This document shows, in pieces, positions 1 through 8,531 of a stretch of 40,090 nucleotides of DNA. Origin of the DNA: Clostridia bacterium (GTDB lineage: Bacteria > Bacillota > Clostridia > Oscillospirales > UBA644); NCBI GenBank assembly GCA_017441125.1, contig JAFSAH010000049.1, forward strand, positions 1 through 40,090. Direction: 5' to 3'. The notes under the pieces were generated by a model. The model was not told the origin of the DNA and made no database searches. It saw only the letters and a program-made list of their open reading frames with translations. The translations under genes and the position numbers were made by a program. Numbering within the stretch: the stretch's first letter is position 1; every line of letters starts with the position of its first letter.

Positions 1-30
1 ATTTTCCAAATTCCGCCTGTTTTTAAATTT

Positions 31-59
31 GAATATACAAAAATCTCCTGCAAATAATA
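31..59 (+). promoter_or_regulatory. Possible forespore sigma-G/sigma-F-type promoter of the spoVT-type gene
   Basis: GAATA (31-35), 17 bp, AATAATA (53-59) resembles the sigma-G consensus GHATA-N17/18-CAWAHTA. spoVT is a sigma-G gene in B. subtilis. The match is short and AT-rich. Confidence 0.35.
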
Positions 60-98
60 TGGAAGTAAAAGCAAGATTTAACAGGAGGTTTTTAAAAT

Positions 99-272
99 AT
101 GAAAGCAACGGGAATTGTCAGAAGGATTGACGATCTGGGGCGTGTTGTCATTCCAAAAGAAATCAGAAGAACCATGAGAATAAGAGAGGGCGACCCTTCA
201 CAGACAACATTGAAAAACTGGCAAAAATACTGTTTTTCCATGTTGGATTTTGCCAGTCGCAGCGGCATTTGA
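99..272 (+). pseudogene. spoVT: 5' fragment of a SpoVT (AbrB-family) regulator gene, interrupted after codon 33
   Basis: RBS AGGAGG at 83-88 and ATG at 99. Translation MKATGIVRRIDDLGRVVIPKEIRRTMRIREGDP matches the SpoVT N-terminus. It then continues SQTTLKNWQK...GI* instead of LEIF... Not in the ORF track (57 aa). Confidence 0.9.
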
Positions 273-394
273 CTGTACATATTGACGAAAAACGGTGCTT
301 TTACCGTGAATATTCGGGAAGGGTGACACGATATTTTTCGTCATTTTTAGATTTAATGCAATATTTTTCGATGTTAAAAATGTTTGACTGTAAA

Positions 395-448
395 ATTATT
401 CGCTCTAAAAAGTGTAAAATACATTGATTATTCGCTATGAAAAGTGTA
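395..448 (+). repeat. Imperfect 22-bp direct repeat, 32-bp period
   Basis: ATTATTCGCTCTAAAAAGTGTA (395-416) vs ATTATTCGCTATGAAAAGTGTA (427-448), 2 mismatches. Confidence 0.75.
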
Positions 449-572
449 TCGGTCATTTGCCTCTGAAACCTTTAGGTGCTTAAAATAATAAAAACATACA
501 TTTTAGATATAACATTCTAAGTCTATTTTAAATAATTTTAGACAATATTTTGAAGTGTATTTACAATATTAG

Positions 573-601
573 TTGACAAAAATTAAAAGTATAGTTATAA
601 T
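573..601 (+). promoter_or_regulatory. Consensus sigma-A/sigma-70 promoter
   Basis: TTGACA (573-578), 17 bp, TATAAT (596-601), 21 bp before the ATG at 623. Confidence 0.9.
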
Positions 602-622
602 ACCTGTGAAAGGTGTGATTAT

Positions 623-2071
623 ATGGCAATAATCAGCAAAGAACAGATTCTTAAAGTTTTAAGCGCATACAACCCCTGGTGGAAAACAGGTACAACAAAC
701 CCGACTCTTACGAAAACATACAAAAGATTTGCGTTCTATGAAGCAATGAAAAGATTAGAACAAACCGATATTAAGAGGACAGTTGTTTTGACTGGAACCA
801 GACGAGTTGGGAAAACCACCATCCAGTATCAGATGATTGATACCTTGTTGAAAAAAGGTGTGAATCCCCAAAAAATAGTTTTCATTTCGCTGGATCATCC
901 CCTGCTCAAATTGAGCGCTTTTAATGAAATTTTAGATTGTTACCACGAGAATATTTATCCTAATCAGGATGTCTATTATTTCTTTGATGAAATACAATAT
1001 GCTTCGGATTGGGATAAATGGCTGAAAACAATATACGATATGCAACCTGAGACAAATATCGTTGCAACCGGTTCGGCAAGCCCTGCACTTATCAAGGGAA
1101 GTTCTGAAAGTGGTGCCGGCAGGTGGTCTGTTATCAGTGTTCCTACAATGTCGTTTTATGAATATTGTGAACTTGTAGGCGTCCCAACACCTAATTTCGA
1201 AAAGAATCTTAAAATTAGCTCTTTTTTAAATCTTGACAGGGTAAAACAAACCGAAATTATGCTTAAACTTTCGGAAATACAAAAGCATTTTGCAAGATAT
1301 CTGCAAATAGGAGGCTTCCCAGAACTTGCTCTCGCTAATGATGATATTATGGCTCAGCAAACCATGAGGGAAGATGTTGTTGATAAGGTGTTAAAAAGAG
1401 ATTTACCATCCCTGTATAATATTCGCAACTCCACGGAACTCGAAAGGATATTCCTTTATCTTTGCAATGTTTCTTCGGAAATTGTGTCAATAGAAGCTTT
1501 AGCAAAGGAACTTCAGGGCGTATCTCGTCCTACAGTTGAAAATTATATTAAGTATCTTGAAAGCGCAAATTTAATATATCAGAGCTGGCCTATCGATATG
1601 GATGGAAAAAAGCCTTTAAAAGCCAGCCCCAAAATTTATATTGCTGATGCAGCAATACGAAATGCTGTTTTGATGAATAACGATGTTTTAACCGATCCAA
1701 CTGAAATGGGTAAAATTGTTGAAACTGCAGTATATAAACACATAGCTGCGTTTTATTATCAAAAAGCCACTTCTGTAGGTTATTACAGAGGAGGAAGAAA
1801 AGATAAAGAAATTGATATTGTTGTTGAGTATCCACAAATTAAAAATATTTTGATAGAAGTAAAATACCGGGAAGGTGCGCCTATTCCGAACGACAGCGCG
1901 ATTTGCCAATTGGCAAATTGTGCTTCCGCTGCAATTATAGTTACAAAAACACCTGACGATTACGGCATACACAATGCACCGGATGGAACAAAACTTATTC
2001 GTATGCCTGCTTACGCTTTCTTGTATTTACTTGGGCACGCGGAGAAAAACGGTTACAAAGGAATAGAATAA
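623..2071 (+). CDS. AAA+ ATPase (AAA_14 type) with C-terminal DUF4143 / PD-(D/E)xK-like domain
   Basis: Walker A GTRRVGKT, Walker B FFDEIQ, TGSAS, GGFPE, wHTH-like VSRPTVENYIKYLE, KIYIAD and a C-terminal EIDIV...IEVK motif. Confidence 0.85.
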   Translation: MAIISKEQILKVLSAYNPWWKTGTTNPTLTKTYKRFAFYEAMKRLEQTDIKRTVVLTGTRRVGKTTIQYQMIDTLLKKGVNPQKIVFISLDHPLLKLSAFNEILDCYHENIYPNQDVYYFFDEIQYASDWDKWLKTIYDMQPETNIVATGSASPALIKGSSESGAGRWSVISVPTMSFYEYCELVGVPTPNFEKNLKISSFLNLDRVKQTEIMLKLSEIQKHFARYLQIGGFPELALANDDIMAQQTMREDVVDKVLKRDLPSLYNIRNSTELERIFLYLCNVSSEIVSIEALAKELQGVSRPTVENYIKYLESANLIYQSWPIDMDGKKPLKASPKIYIADAAIRNAVLMNNDVLTDPTEMGKIVETAVYKHIAAFYYQKATSVGYYRGGRKDKEIDIVVEYPQIKNILIEVKYREGAPIPNDSAICQLANCASAAIIVTKTPDDYGIHNAPDGTKLIRMPAYAFLYLLGHAEKNGYKGIE

Positions 2072-2086
2072 AAAAACAACGCGAAA

Positions 2087-2395
2087 GTGCCAAACCGAAA
2101 AGGTGAAGCTATTTTTGTAAAATCCGGTTATCAGCTTTATTATTACAAACGGGAAGATTCCACCCTTGAGGAAGATTTCTTTGTTCGCACCGCAAATGAT
2201 CTTATTCCTGTTGAGGTTAAAGCGAAAAACGGGAAAGCAAAATCACTTTGCCAACTTATTCAAAGCAAAAAGTACCCGGACATATCTTATGGAATTAAAC
2301 TTTGTTCCGGAAATATAGGTTTTGAAAACAATGTATATACTTTTCCCTATTTTTGCTCGTTTCTTGTGAAAAGATATCTTAAAGAGAAAATCTGA
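2087..2395 (+). pseudogene. C-terminal remnant of a second AAA+/DUF4143-type protein
   Basis: LYYYKREDSTLEEDFFV...IPVEVKAK is the typical tail of this family. There is no ATPase part, and the GTG start has no clear RBS. Confidence 0.7.
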
Positions 2396-2460
2396 ATCAA
2401 AATTAAATTTATATCCTATTGATTTAATGCAGTTAGAATAAACCGCATGAGCATCAAACA

Positions 2461-2499
2461 AAAAAGCACCCGTGCTCAATATGAGCACGGGTGCTTTTT
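2461..2499. terminator. Bidirectional intrinsic terminator (part of a ~55-bp repeat also at 17721)
   Basis: AAAAAGCACCCGTGCTCA-ATA-TGAGCACGGGTGCTTTTT lies between convergent genes. Confidence 0.85.
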
Positions 2500-2516
2500 A
2501 TGCCTTTTAAACCAAA

Positions 2517-2756
2517 TTATAGCATTTCTTTTATTTCGTTAATGCAGTCTTGAACAGAATAATAAAAGCCATCAAGTCTAAATGCGCTGTAAAGTTGCAA
2601 CATAAAATCAATAGCATTATCTTCTTCGGGCATATTATAAGTTTCATTTAAAGCTCTTGCAATTTCCCAAAGTTTATCATCATCTACTTCTTTTAGAAAA
2701 GATATAAGTATTTCCTGTTCTTCTTCGATGTTTTCCATTAATTCTTCATCACACAT
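2517..2756 (-). CDS. Small acidic hypothetical protein (79 aa)
   Basis: GGAGG RBS precedes the ATG at 2756 (MCDEEL...), so the start is moved from the track's 2771. It ends just before the terminator. Confidence 0.65.
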   Translation of the reverse strand: MCDEELMENIEEEQEILISFLKEVDDDKLWEIARALNETYNMPEEDNAIDFMLQLYSAFRLDGFYYSVQDCINEIKEML

Positions 2757-2851
2757 ATAAAATCCCTCCAAACATTATTCGTCTCCATTATATCCCCCCG
2801 AATTTTTTTGCAATATGCGGGGAGTTTAGACACTATAAAAATTTTCTTTTG

Positions 2852-2871
2852 GTGCTGTTTTGGGACAGCAC
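2852..2871. promoter_or_regulatory. Palindromic operator-like site
   Basis: GTGCTGT-N6-ACAGCAC in the divergent intergenic region, 55 bp upstream of the -35 box. Confidence 0.45.
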
Positions 2872-2917
2872 TTTATTAATTTTCAACAAAACCGCTTTGC
2901 AATCAATATTAAACTGT

Positions 2918-2954
2918 CAGCATAGTTTACAATCAAAAGCGATGGGTCTATAAT
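2918..2954 (+). promoter_or_regulatory. Sigma-A promoter P1 of the vWA/MoxR/LRR operon
   Basis: TTTACA (2926-2931), 17 bp, TATAAT (2949-2954). A near-identical copy lies at 21873-21909. Confidence 0.8.
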
Positions 2955-3008
2955 AATATTATCTATAAATTTTTATACAGATTTTAATGTAAAAAGGAAC
3001 GCAATGCC

Positions 3009-4391
3009 ATGAACGAAGAACGAACCGAAAAACTGAATAAGCTTGCGTTGGATGTCCTGCGTCTTTCAAGGAACACTCTGCTTGTAAATCTGCGTTTTCT
3101 TGATTCTGCGCTGAGCCGCTTTGAATATATTCCGACGGACGAATCCACCTTGCTGACCGACGGCGAACACCTGCTTTATAACCCGGAGCATATCCTCAAA
3201 CGCTATAAGCACGAAAAGGAACGTCCTGTTCGCGACTATCTCCATATTGTTTTCCATTGCATTTACCGCCATATGTTCATGGATCCAAGCCTTGATCGAC
3301 CGCTTTGGGACCTTGCCTGCGATATTGCGGTGGAAAACGTTATAACCGAGCTGGGCATTCGTTCCACCACTTCCGAAATCGAAAGCCTCCAGCAAAACTA
3401 CATAAACGAACTGAAAAGCAAAACAAAACTTCTCACTGCGGAAAAAATTTATCGCTGTTTCAAGGACGAAAACCTCGATCCGCTTAAAGCAGCGGATATC
3501 CGCGCAAGGTTTTATGCGGATAACCACGAAATCTGGTATATGACTTCTGAAGAGGCAGAAGCGGCATACGGCGTTTCATTCGGAGGAACGCAAAGCGAAA
3601 GTTCCGACGGCGAGGGTGATTCCGATGAAGGCGAAAGCGGATTCGCAATGACAAAGGCGGAACTTGCACAGATGTGGAAGGATATCTCCGAACGCATGGG
3701 AATGGATCTTGAAACATTTTCAAAAATGCAGGGACGCCATGCCGGAAGCCTTACCCAGAACCTTCTTGCGGTGAACCGGGAAAAATATGATTACACCGCC
3801 TTCCTCAAAAAATTTTCCGTTATGGGCGAACAAATGAGGATAAACGACGATGAGTTCGACTATATTTTTTACACCTACGGGCTTGACCTTTACGAAAATA
3901 TGCCTCTCATCGAGCCGCTGGAATATAAGGAAGTGAAAGCGATAAAGGAATTTGTCATCGCAATCGATACTTCCGGTTCAACTTCCGGAGAGCTTGTTCA
4001 GAAGTTTGTTCAGAAATCATACAACATTTTAAAATCAACGGAGAGCTTTTTCTCCAAAGTTAATATCCACATAATCCAGTGCGATGCGGATATTCAGGAG
4101 GACAAAAAAATCACATCCCAGGAGGATTTTGACGAATACCTGAAAACGATGCGGATTCGCGGTCTTGGCGGAACGGATTTTCGTCCGGTTTTCGAATATG
4201 TGGAAACACTCCGCAAGAACAAGGAGTTCACAAATCTTAAAGGGCTAATCTATTTTACCGACGGTTACGGTGATTTCCCGGCGAGAAAGCCGGATTACGA
4301 TACAGCTTTCGTCTTTGTTGACGATGAATACAACAACACGGATGTGCCGCCATGGGCAATCAAACTGGTTTTACAGAAAGATGAAATCTGA
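3009..4391 (+). CDS. DUF2201-type protein: metallopeptidase-like N-domain plus C-terminal vWA domain (MoxR partner)
   Basis: TDG..L.YNP, LHIVFHCIYRH, WDLACDIAV, an acidic G/S linker, MIDAS DTSGS, GGTDFRP and YFTDGYG. Confidence 0.88.
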   Translation: MNEERTEKLNKLALDVLRLSRNTLLVNLRFLDSALSRFEYIPTDESTLLTDGEHLLYNPEHILKRYKHEKERPVRDYLHIVFHCIYRHMFMDPSLDRPLWDLACDIAVENVITELGIRSTTSEIESLQQNYINELKSKTKLLTAEKIYRCFKDENLDPLKAADIRARFYADNHEIWYMTSEEAEAAYGVSFGGTQSESSDGEGDSDEGESGFAMTKAELAQMWKDISERMGMDLETFSKMQGRHAGSLTQNLLAVNREKYDYTAFLKKFSVMGEQMRINDDEFDYIFYTYGLDLYENMPLIEPLEYKEVKAIKEFVIAIDTSGSTSGELVQKFVQKSYNILKSTESFFSKVNIHIIQCDADIQEDKKITSQEDFDEYLKTMRIRGLGGTDFRPVFEYVETLRKNKEFTNLKGLIYFTDGYGDFPARKPDYDTAFVFVDDEYNNTDVPPWAIKLVLQKDEI

Positions 4392-4403
4392 GGAGGAAGG
4401 AAA

Positions 4404-5345
4404 ATGAGTAACGTAAACGATTTTGTAATAGAAAACGGAGTTTTGAAAAAATATAACGGCAAAGATAAAAATGTTGTGATTCCTGAAGAAGTCAGAGAAA
4501 TCGGGGAGAATGCTTTTTCAAGAAAACATATAAAAACCGTATCCATGCCTGACAGCGTTGAGGTAATAGGTTGGAACGCTTTTGAAAGTTGCAGGTACCT
4601 CGAAAAAGTTTCCTTTTCTGATAATCTCAAAGAAATATTGCCTAATGCTTTTGGAAATTGTCAGGCATTGGAATCCGTTTCTTTGCCAAATTCATTGAAA
4701 AAAATTGATATCTGCGCTTTCAGTGGATGTTTCAATATAAAAGAGCTGATTTTGCCAGAACATGATTTTGAAATTGGAGAAAGCGCTTTTTCAGGGTGCG
4801 AATCACTTGCTGACGAAAATGGCTATGTAATTGTTCGGGATGTCCTATATAATTACACAAAAAATGATTCCGACAAAATCCAAATTGCTCAAGGTGTTAA
4901 ACATATTAACCGTACCCTGCTGTGGAATAACTACACGATTATTCACAGTCTTCATATTCCCGCCTCAGTGGAAACTATCCAAGATAAAACGTTTGAAACT
5001 TGTACAAACCTCCGGGAATGTTTTTTTGCATTCACCGTAAAAGATTCAAAGCAAGCCGAACTTATAATCAAAAAGGCTTTTTCTTTGGAAGGTCTGGCAT
5101 ACGCTTTTCTTTCTGGAACTTTTTTAGCTGATCCACTTATAATTGATGCCCTTAAAAAGCAAATTGCCTCAAAATCTTTTCGCGTGAGTTTTTTGCGCAG
5201 AATGATATATTGTAATAATGCTGAAGCTATCAAAAAACTTTTGGAGTGCACCAAAAAGCTGCCTTTAAATGAACTGGATGAATATATTGATTTGTCTGAT
5301 GATCCATCCGTTCGCACCGTATTTATGGAATATAAAAACAGATGA
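4404..5345 (+). CDS. BspA/TpLRR-type leucine-rich repeat protein (LRR-1), probably C-terminally truncated
   Basis: Repeats of IPxxVxxIGxxAFxxCxxL; starts MSNVNDFVIENG; no signal peptide. The stop is followed in frame by a relic FVAE*. Confidence 0.88.
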   Translation: MSNVNDFVIENGVLKKYNGKDKNVVIPEEVREIGENAFSRKHIKTVSMPDSVEVIGWNAFESCRYLEKVSFSDNLKEILPNAFGNCQALESVSLPNSLKKIDICAFSGCFNIKELILPEHDFEIGESAFSGCESLADENGYVIVRDVLYNYTKNDSDKIQIAQGVKHINRTLLWNNYTIIHSLHIPASVETIQDKTFETCTNLRECFFAFTVKDSKQAELIIKKAFSLEGLAYAFLSGTFLADPLIIDALKKQIASKSFRVSFLRRMIYCNNAEAIKKLLECTKKLPLNELDEYIDLSDDPSVRTVFMEYKNR

Positions 5346-5372
5346 TTCGTAGCGGAATAAGGAGGATTAAAA

Positions 5373-5843
5373 ATGCCATCCGAACTTAATATTCAGAAAT
5401 ATGAAAACTATAAAGAACAGATGAAACGCCTTGACCGCGCGTTGACAAACGGTTTTAATCTTGAAGCCATGTTTATCGAATATGCGATAATGGAAGACCG
5501 CACTGAATCAATTTTGCGCCATGGCGATTTATGGGAAGCGTATCTTAAAAAACGCGGCCGCTTCCAGCCAAGTATCGAATCTAAAATCAATTATATACAG
5601 GCAAGATCAACCGATAAAACAACTCTGTTGTACAAATATTTTGATAATGATCTTCTTGCAATGGTTCTTGAGTGGAAAGAAGAACGCAACCGCCTTATCC
5701 ATGCTCTTTTAAAACAGGAATTTGCACATAACGAAGTAAGTGAACTCGCCCAAAAAGGTAAAAAACTTGTTGATGAACTAAAAAAACGCTCCGGAAATTA
5801 CAGCCGTGCCATTGAAAGGCAGAAAGCGAAGGCAGAAAAATGA
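5373..5843 (+). CDS. Putative HEPN-domain protein (possible RNase effector)
   Basis: All-alpha 156 aa. N-terminal LEAMFIEYAIMEDR and an Rx4H motif RNRLIH (5685-5702). GGAGG RBS; ATGA overlap with the next gene. Confidence 0.6.
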   Translation: MPSELNIQKYENYKEQMKRLDRALTNGFNLEAMFIEYAIMEDRTESILRHGDLWEAYLKKRGRFQPSIESKINYIQARSTDKTTLLYKYFDNDLLAMVLEWKEERNRLIHALLKQEFAHNEVSELAQKGKKLVDELKKRSGNYSRAIERQKAKAEK

Positions 5844-7351
5844 ACATAAAAGAAGCAAAAGAACAGATTCAGAACGCCATAAAAGCATATTTCACCAAGG
5901 ATGAATTCGGCGGATATGTTATTCCAATCGAACGTCAGCGCCCGATTTTTATGATGGGTCCTCCCGGAATCGGAAAAACCGCCATAATGGAGCAAGTGGC
6001 TTCGGAACTTAACGTGGGCCTTGTTTCCTATTCCATGACCCACCACACCCGCCAGTCCGCTCTGGGTCTGCCGTTTATCGAAAAGAAAAACTACGGTGGA
6101 AAAGAATATTCCGTTTCGGAATACACCATGTCCGAAATCATCGCGTCCGTTTACGATATGATCGAAAAAACCGGCCATAAAGAAGGAATCCTCTTCCTCG
6201 ACGAGATCAATTGCGTTTCCGAAACCCTTGCGCCGGCAATGCTCCAGTTCCTCCAGTATAAAATCTTCGGACGTCACACCGTTCCGGAAGGCTGGATAGT
6301 CGTTACTGCCGGAAACCCGCCGGAATATAACAATTCCGTCCGTGAATTCGATATCGTAACCTGGGACAGACTTAAACGCGTTGATATCGAACCGGACTAC
6401 AAGGTCTGGAAAGAATACGCATATAAAAAGGGCGTCCACGCCGCAATCACCACATATCTCGATATAAAAACCAACGATTTTTATAAAATCGAAACCACCG
6501 TTGACGGAAAAACCTTTGTAACCGCCCGCGGCTGGTGCGATCTTTCGGATATGATGAAGCTTTATGAACTCCACAGTATCAAAATTGACGAAAAACTTAT
6601 CGGCCAGTATCTCCAGAACAAAAAGGTCGCGAAGGATTTCGCCATATATTATGATTTATTTAATAAATATAAATCCGATTATCAGGTGGACAAAATCCTC
6701 GACGGAAAAGCGGATGCGGAAATCAAAAACCGCGCGAAAGCCGCAAAATTTGATGAACGCCTTGCGCTGCTCGGACTTCTCATCGACGGAATTACCGAAA
6801 AACTGAAAGCGTGCTCAAATTCCGAACAGGTGCTCAGTGGTCTTGTAACTGTGCTCAAAAACTACCGTATGGAAATTGCAAGACCCGGAACCAACCCCGT
6901 TGCTGCAATGAAAAAAGCAATCCTCGCAAAAGAAAAAGACCTTGAAAAAGGAAAACTCGCTTCTTCAATGTCTGTGGATGCTCAGTATGTTTGCAACGGA
7001 ATAATCGCCGTGCTCGAAGAGCAGAAAGCAATGCTCAAGGCAGAAAACCCCGCAGACGGAAATGCCGCTTTTGCGCTCGTTAAAGCGGATTTTGACAAAC
7101 GCACCAAGGAATTCAAAAAGCAGGCAGATACCGCCGGAAAGCAGCTTTCCAACGTGTTCATCTTCTGCGAAGAGGTGTTCCCGGACGGACAGGAAATGCT
7201 TATCCTTGTTACGGAACTGACCATCAGCTACTACGGTGCTCATTTCATCAGCCGCTATGGCTGCAAGGAATATTTTGCACACAACAAGGAGCTTCTTTTC
7301 TATGAAAGACAGAAGAAAATCATAACCGAGCTTGAAAACCTTGAACTTTGA
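5840..7351 (+). CDS. MoxR-type AAA+ ATPase with long helical C-terminal region
   Basis: Walker A GPPGIGKT, Walker B ILFLDEIN, VTAGNP, DR arginine-finger region and TARGW. Confidence 0.9.
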   Translation: MNIKEAKEQIQNAIKAYFTKDEFGGYVIPIERQRPIFMMGPPGIGKTAIMEQVASELNVGLVSYSMTHHTRQSALGLPFIEKKNYGGKEYSVSEYTMSEIIASVYDMIEKTGHKEGILFLDEINCVSETLAPAMLQFLQYKIFGRHTVPEGWIVVTAGNPPEYNNSVREFDIVTWDRLKRVDIEPDYKVWKEYAYKKGVHAAITTYLDIKTNDFYKIETTVDGKTFVTARGWCDLSDMMKLYELHSIKIDEKLIGQYLQNKKVAKDFAIYYDLFNKYKSDYQVDKILDGKADAEIKNRAKAAKFDERLALLGLLIDGITEKLKACSNSEQVLSGLVTVLKNYRMEIARPGTNPVAAMKKAILAKEKDLEKGKLASSMSVDAQYVCNGIIAVLEEQKAMLKAENPADGNAAFALVKADFDKRTKEFKKQADTAGKQLSNVFIFCEEVFPDGQEMLILVTELTISYYGAHFISRYGCKEYFAHNKELLFYERQKKIITELENLEL

Positions 7352-7370
7352 TACATAAGGAGGAACAAAA

Positions 7371-8519
7371 ATGAGCGATTTTGTAATTGAAAACGGAATT
7401 CTTAAAAAATATACCGGAGCGGGCGGAGATGTTGTTATTCCTGAAGATGTTAAGGAAATTGATTCGCACGCTTTTGAAGGAAACAAAAAAATTAAAAACG
7501 TGATTATTCCTGCTGGCGTTGGGCTGATCGGCTATTGTGCATTCAAAGGCTGTTCCGCTTTGGAATCGATTCATATTCCGGAAAGTATTCTCAGGTTTGA
7601 AAATATGTCTTTTTCCGGATGTACAAAGCTCAAAAAAGTTTTCATCCCAAATCCTCATGCTTTTGCTTATGGAGCTTTTGAAAACTGCCGTACTCTTGAA
7701 TACATAAAAGCTTCTGAAGAAACTCTTGAAGGAATTTTCCGCGGTGCCGGCGACAAACTTAAAATAAACATATCTTATGGATATCTTTGCAGTGATGATA
7801 AAAGTGAAAAATACGAAGAAACCTGCAAATGGTTCAAGAAAAAAATTCTTCCGATAATTTTCGAAAATGATAACTCAAAAGCTCTTTCTAAGCTTTTCGG
7901 AATGTATAAGAAACCAATAAAAATCAATGATATCGACGAATATCTTTCCTTCGTTACCGAAAAACCGGAATTGACCTCTTTTTTGCTTGAATATAAAAAC
8001 AAGTATTATTCTTCCGAACAGGTCAATAAAAATGCAGAAACCAATTCTGAAAAGGAACTTGGAATCAAGCCTAAAACCCTTGCAGAATGGAGAAAAGTGT
8101 TTGCAATTTCTGATATAGGTGGAAAATGGGTGCTTGAAAAATATAAAATTAAAGAAGCCTTTGTAGAAATCCCCGAAAAAATCGGAACAAAACCTGTTAT
8201 AGAACTTCAGAATACTTTCGAAAACCACGAAGAAATAACTTCCGTTTTGATTCCAAACAGTATTGAAATAATCGGATGGAACGTTTTTGACGGAACTTCC
8301 ATTGAAGAAATATCCATACCGGAAAATGTTATGGGGTTAGGAATGTTTTCATTTGCTAATTGTGAAAAACTTAAAAAAGTAACATTCTGCGGCAATAATT
8401 GTACTGAAATTGATGAAACCGCTTTCCGGAACAGTACAAACGTTGTAATCCACGCTCCAGCAGGTAGCTACGCCGAAACTTATGCAAAAGAAAACAACAT
8501 TCCGTTTGTGGCGGAATAA
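7371..8519 (+). CDS. BspA-type LRR protein (LRR-2): LRR, central helical module, LRR
   Basis: MSDFVIENG start, LRR_5-like repeats, central ...LLEYKNK...EKELGIK..TLAEWRK.F, and an IHAPAGSYAETYAKENNIPFVAE end. Confidence 0.9.
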   Translation: MSDFVIENGILKKYTGAGGDVVIPEDVKEIDSHAFEGNKKIKNVIIPAGVGLIGYCAFKGCSALESIHIPESILRFENMSFSGCTKLKKVFIPNPHAFAYGAFENCRTLEYIKASEETLEGIFRGAGDKLKINISYGYLCSDDKSEKYEETCKWFKKKILPIIFENDNSKALSKLFGMYKKPIKINDIDEYLSFVTEKPELTSFLLEYKNKYYSSEQVNKNAETNSEKELGIKPKTLAEWRKVFAISDIGGKWVLEKYKIKEAFVEIPEKIGTKPVIELQNTFENHEEITSVLIPNSIEIIGWNVFDGTSIEEISIPENVMGLGMFSFANCEKLKKVTFCGNNCTEIDETAFRNSTNVVIHAPAGSYAETYAKENNIPFVAE

Positions 8520-8531
8520 GGAGGAACAAAA

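Noticed and set aside
92-280. Minus-strand 62-aa ORF in the track
   Set aside because: It is the antisense shadow of the plus-strand spoVT fragment, which has the RBS and recognisable homology.
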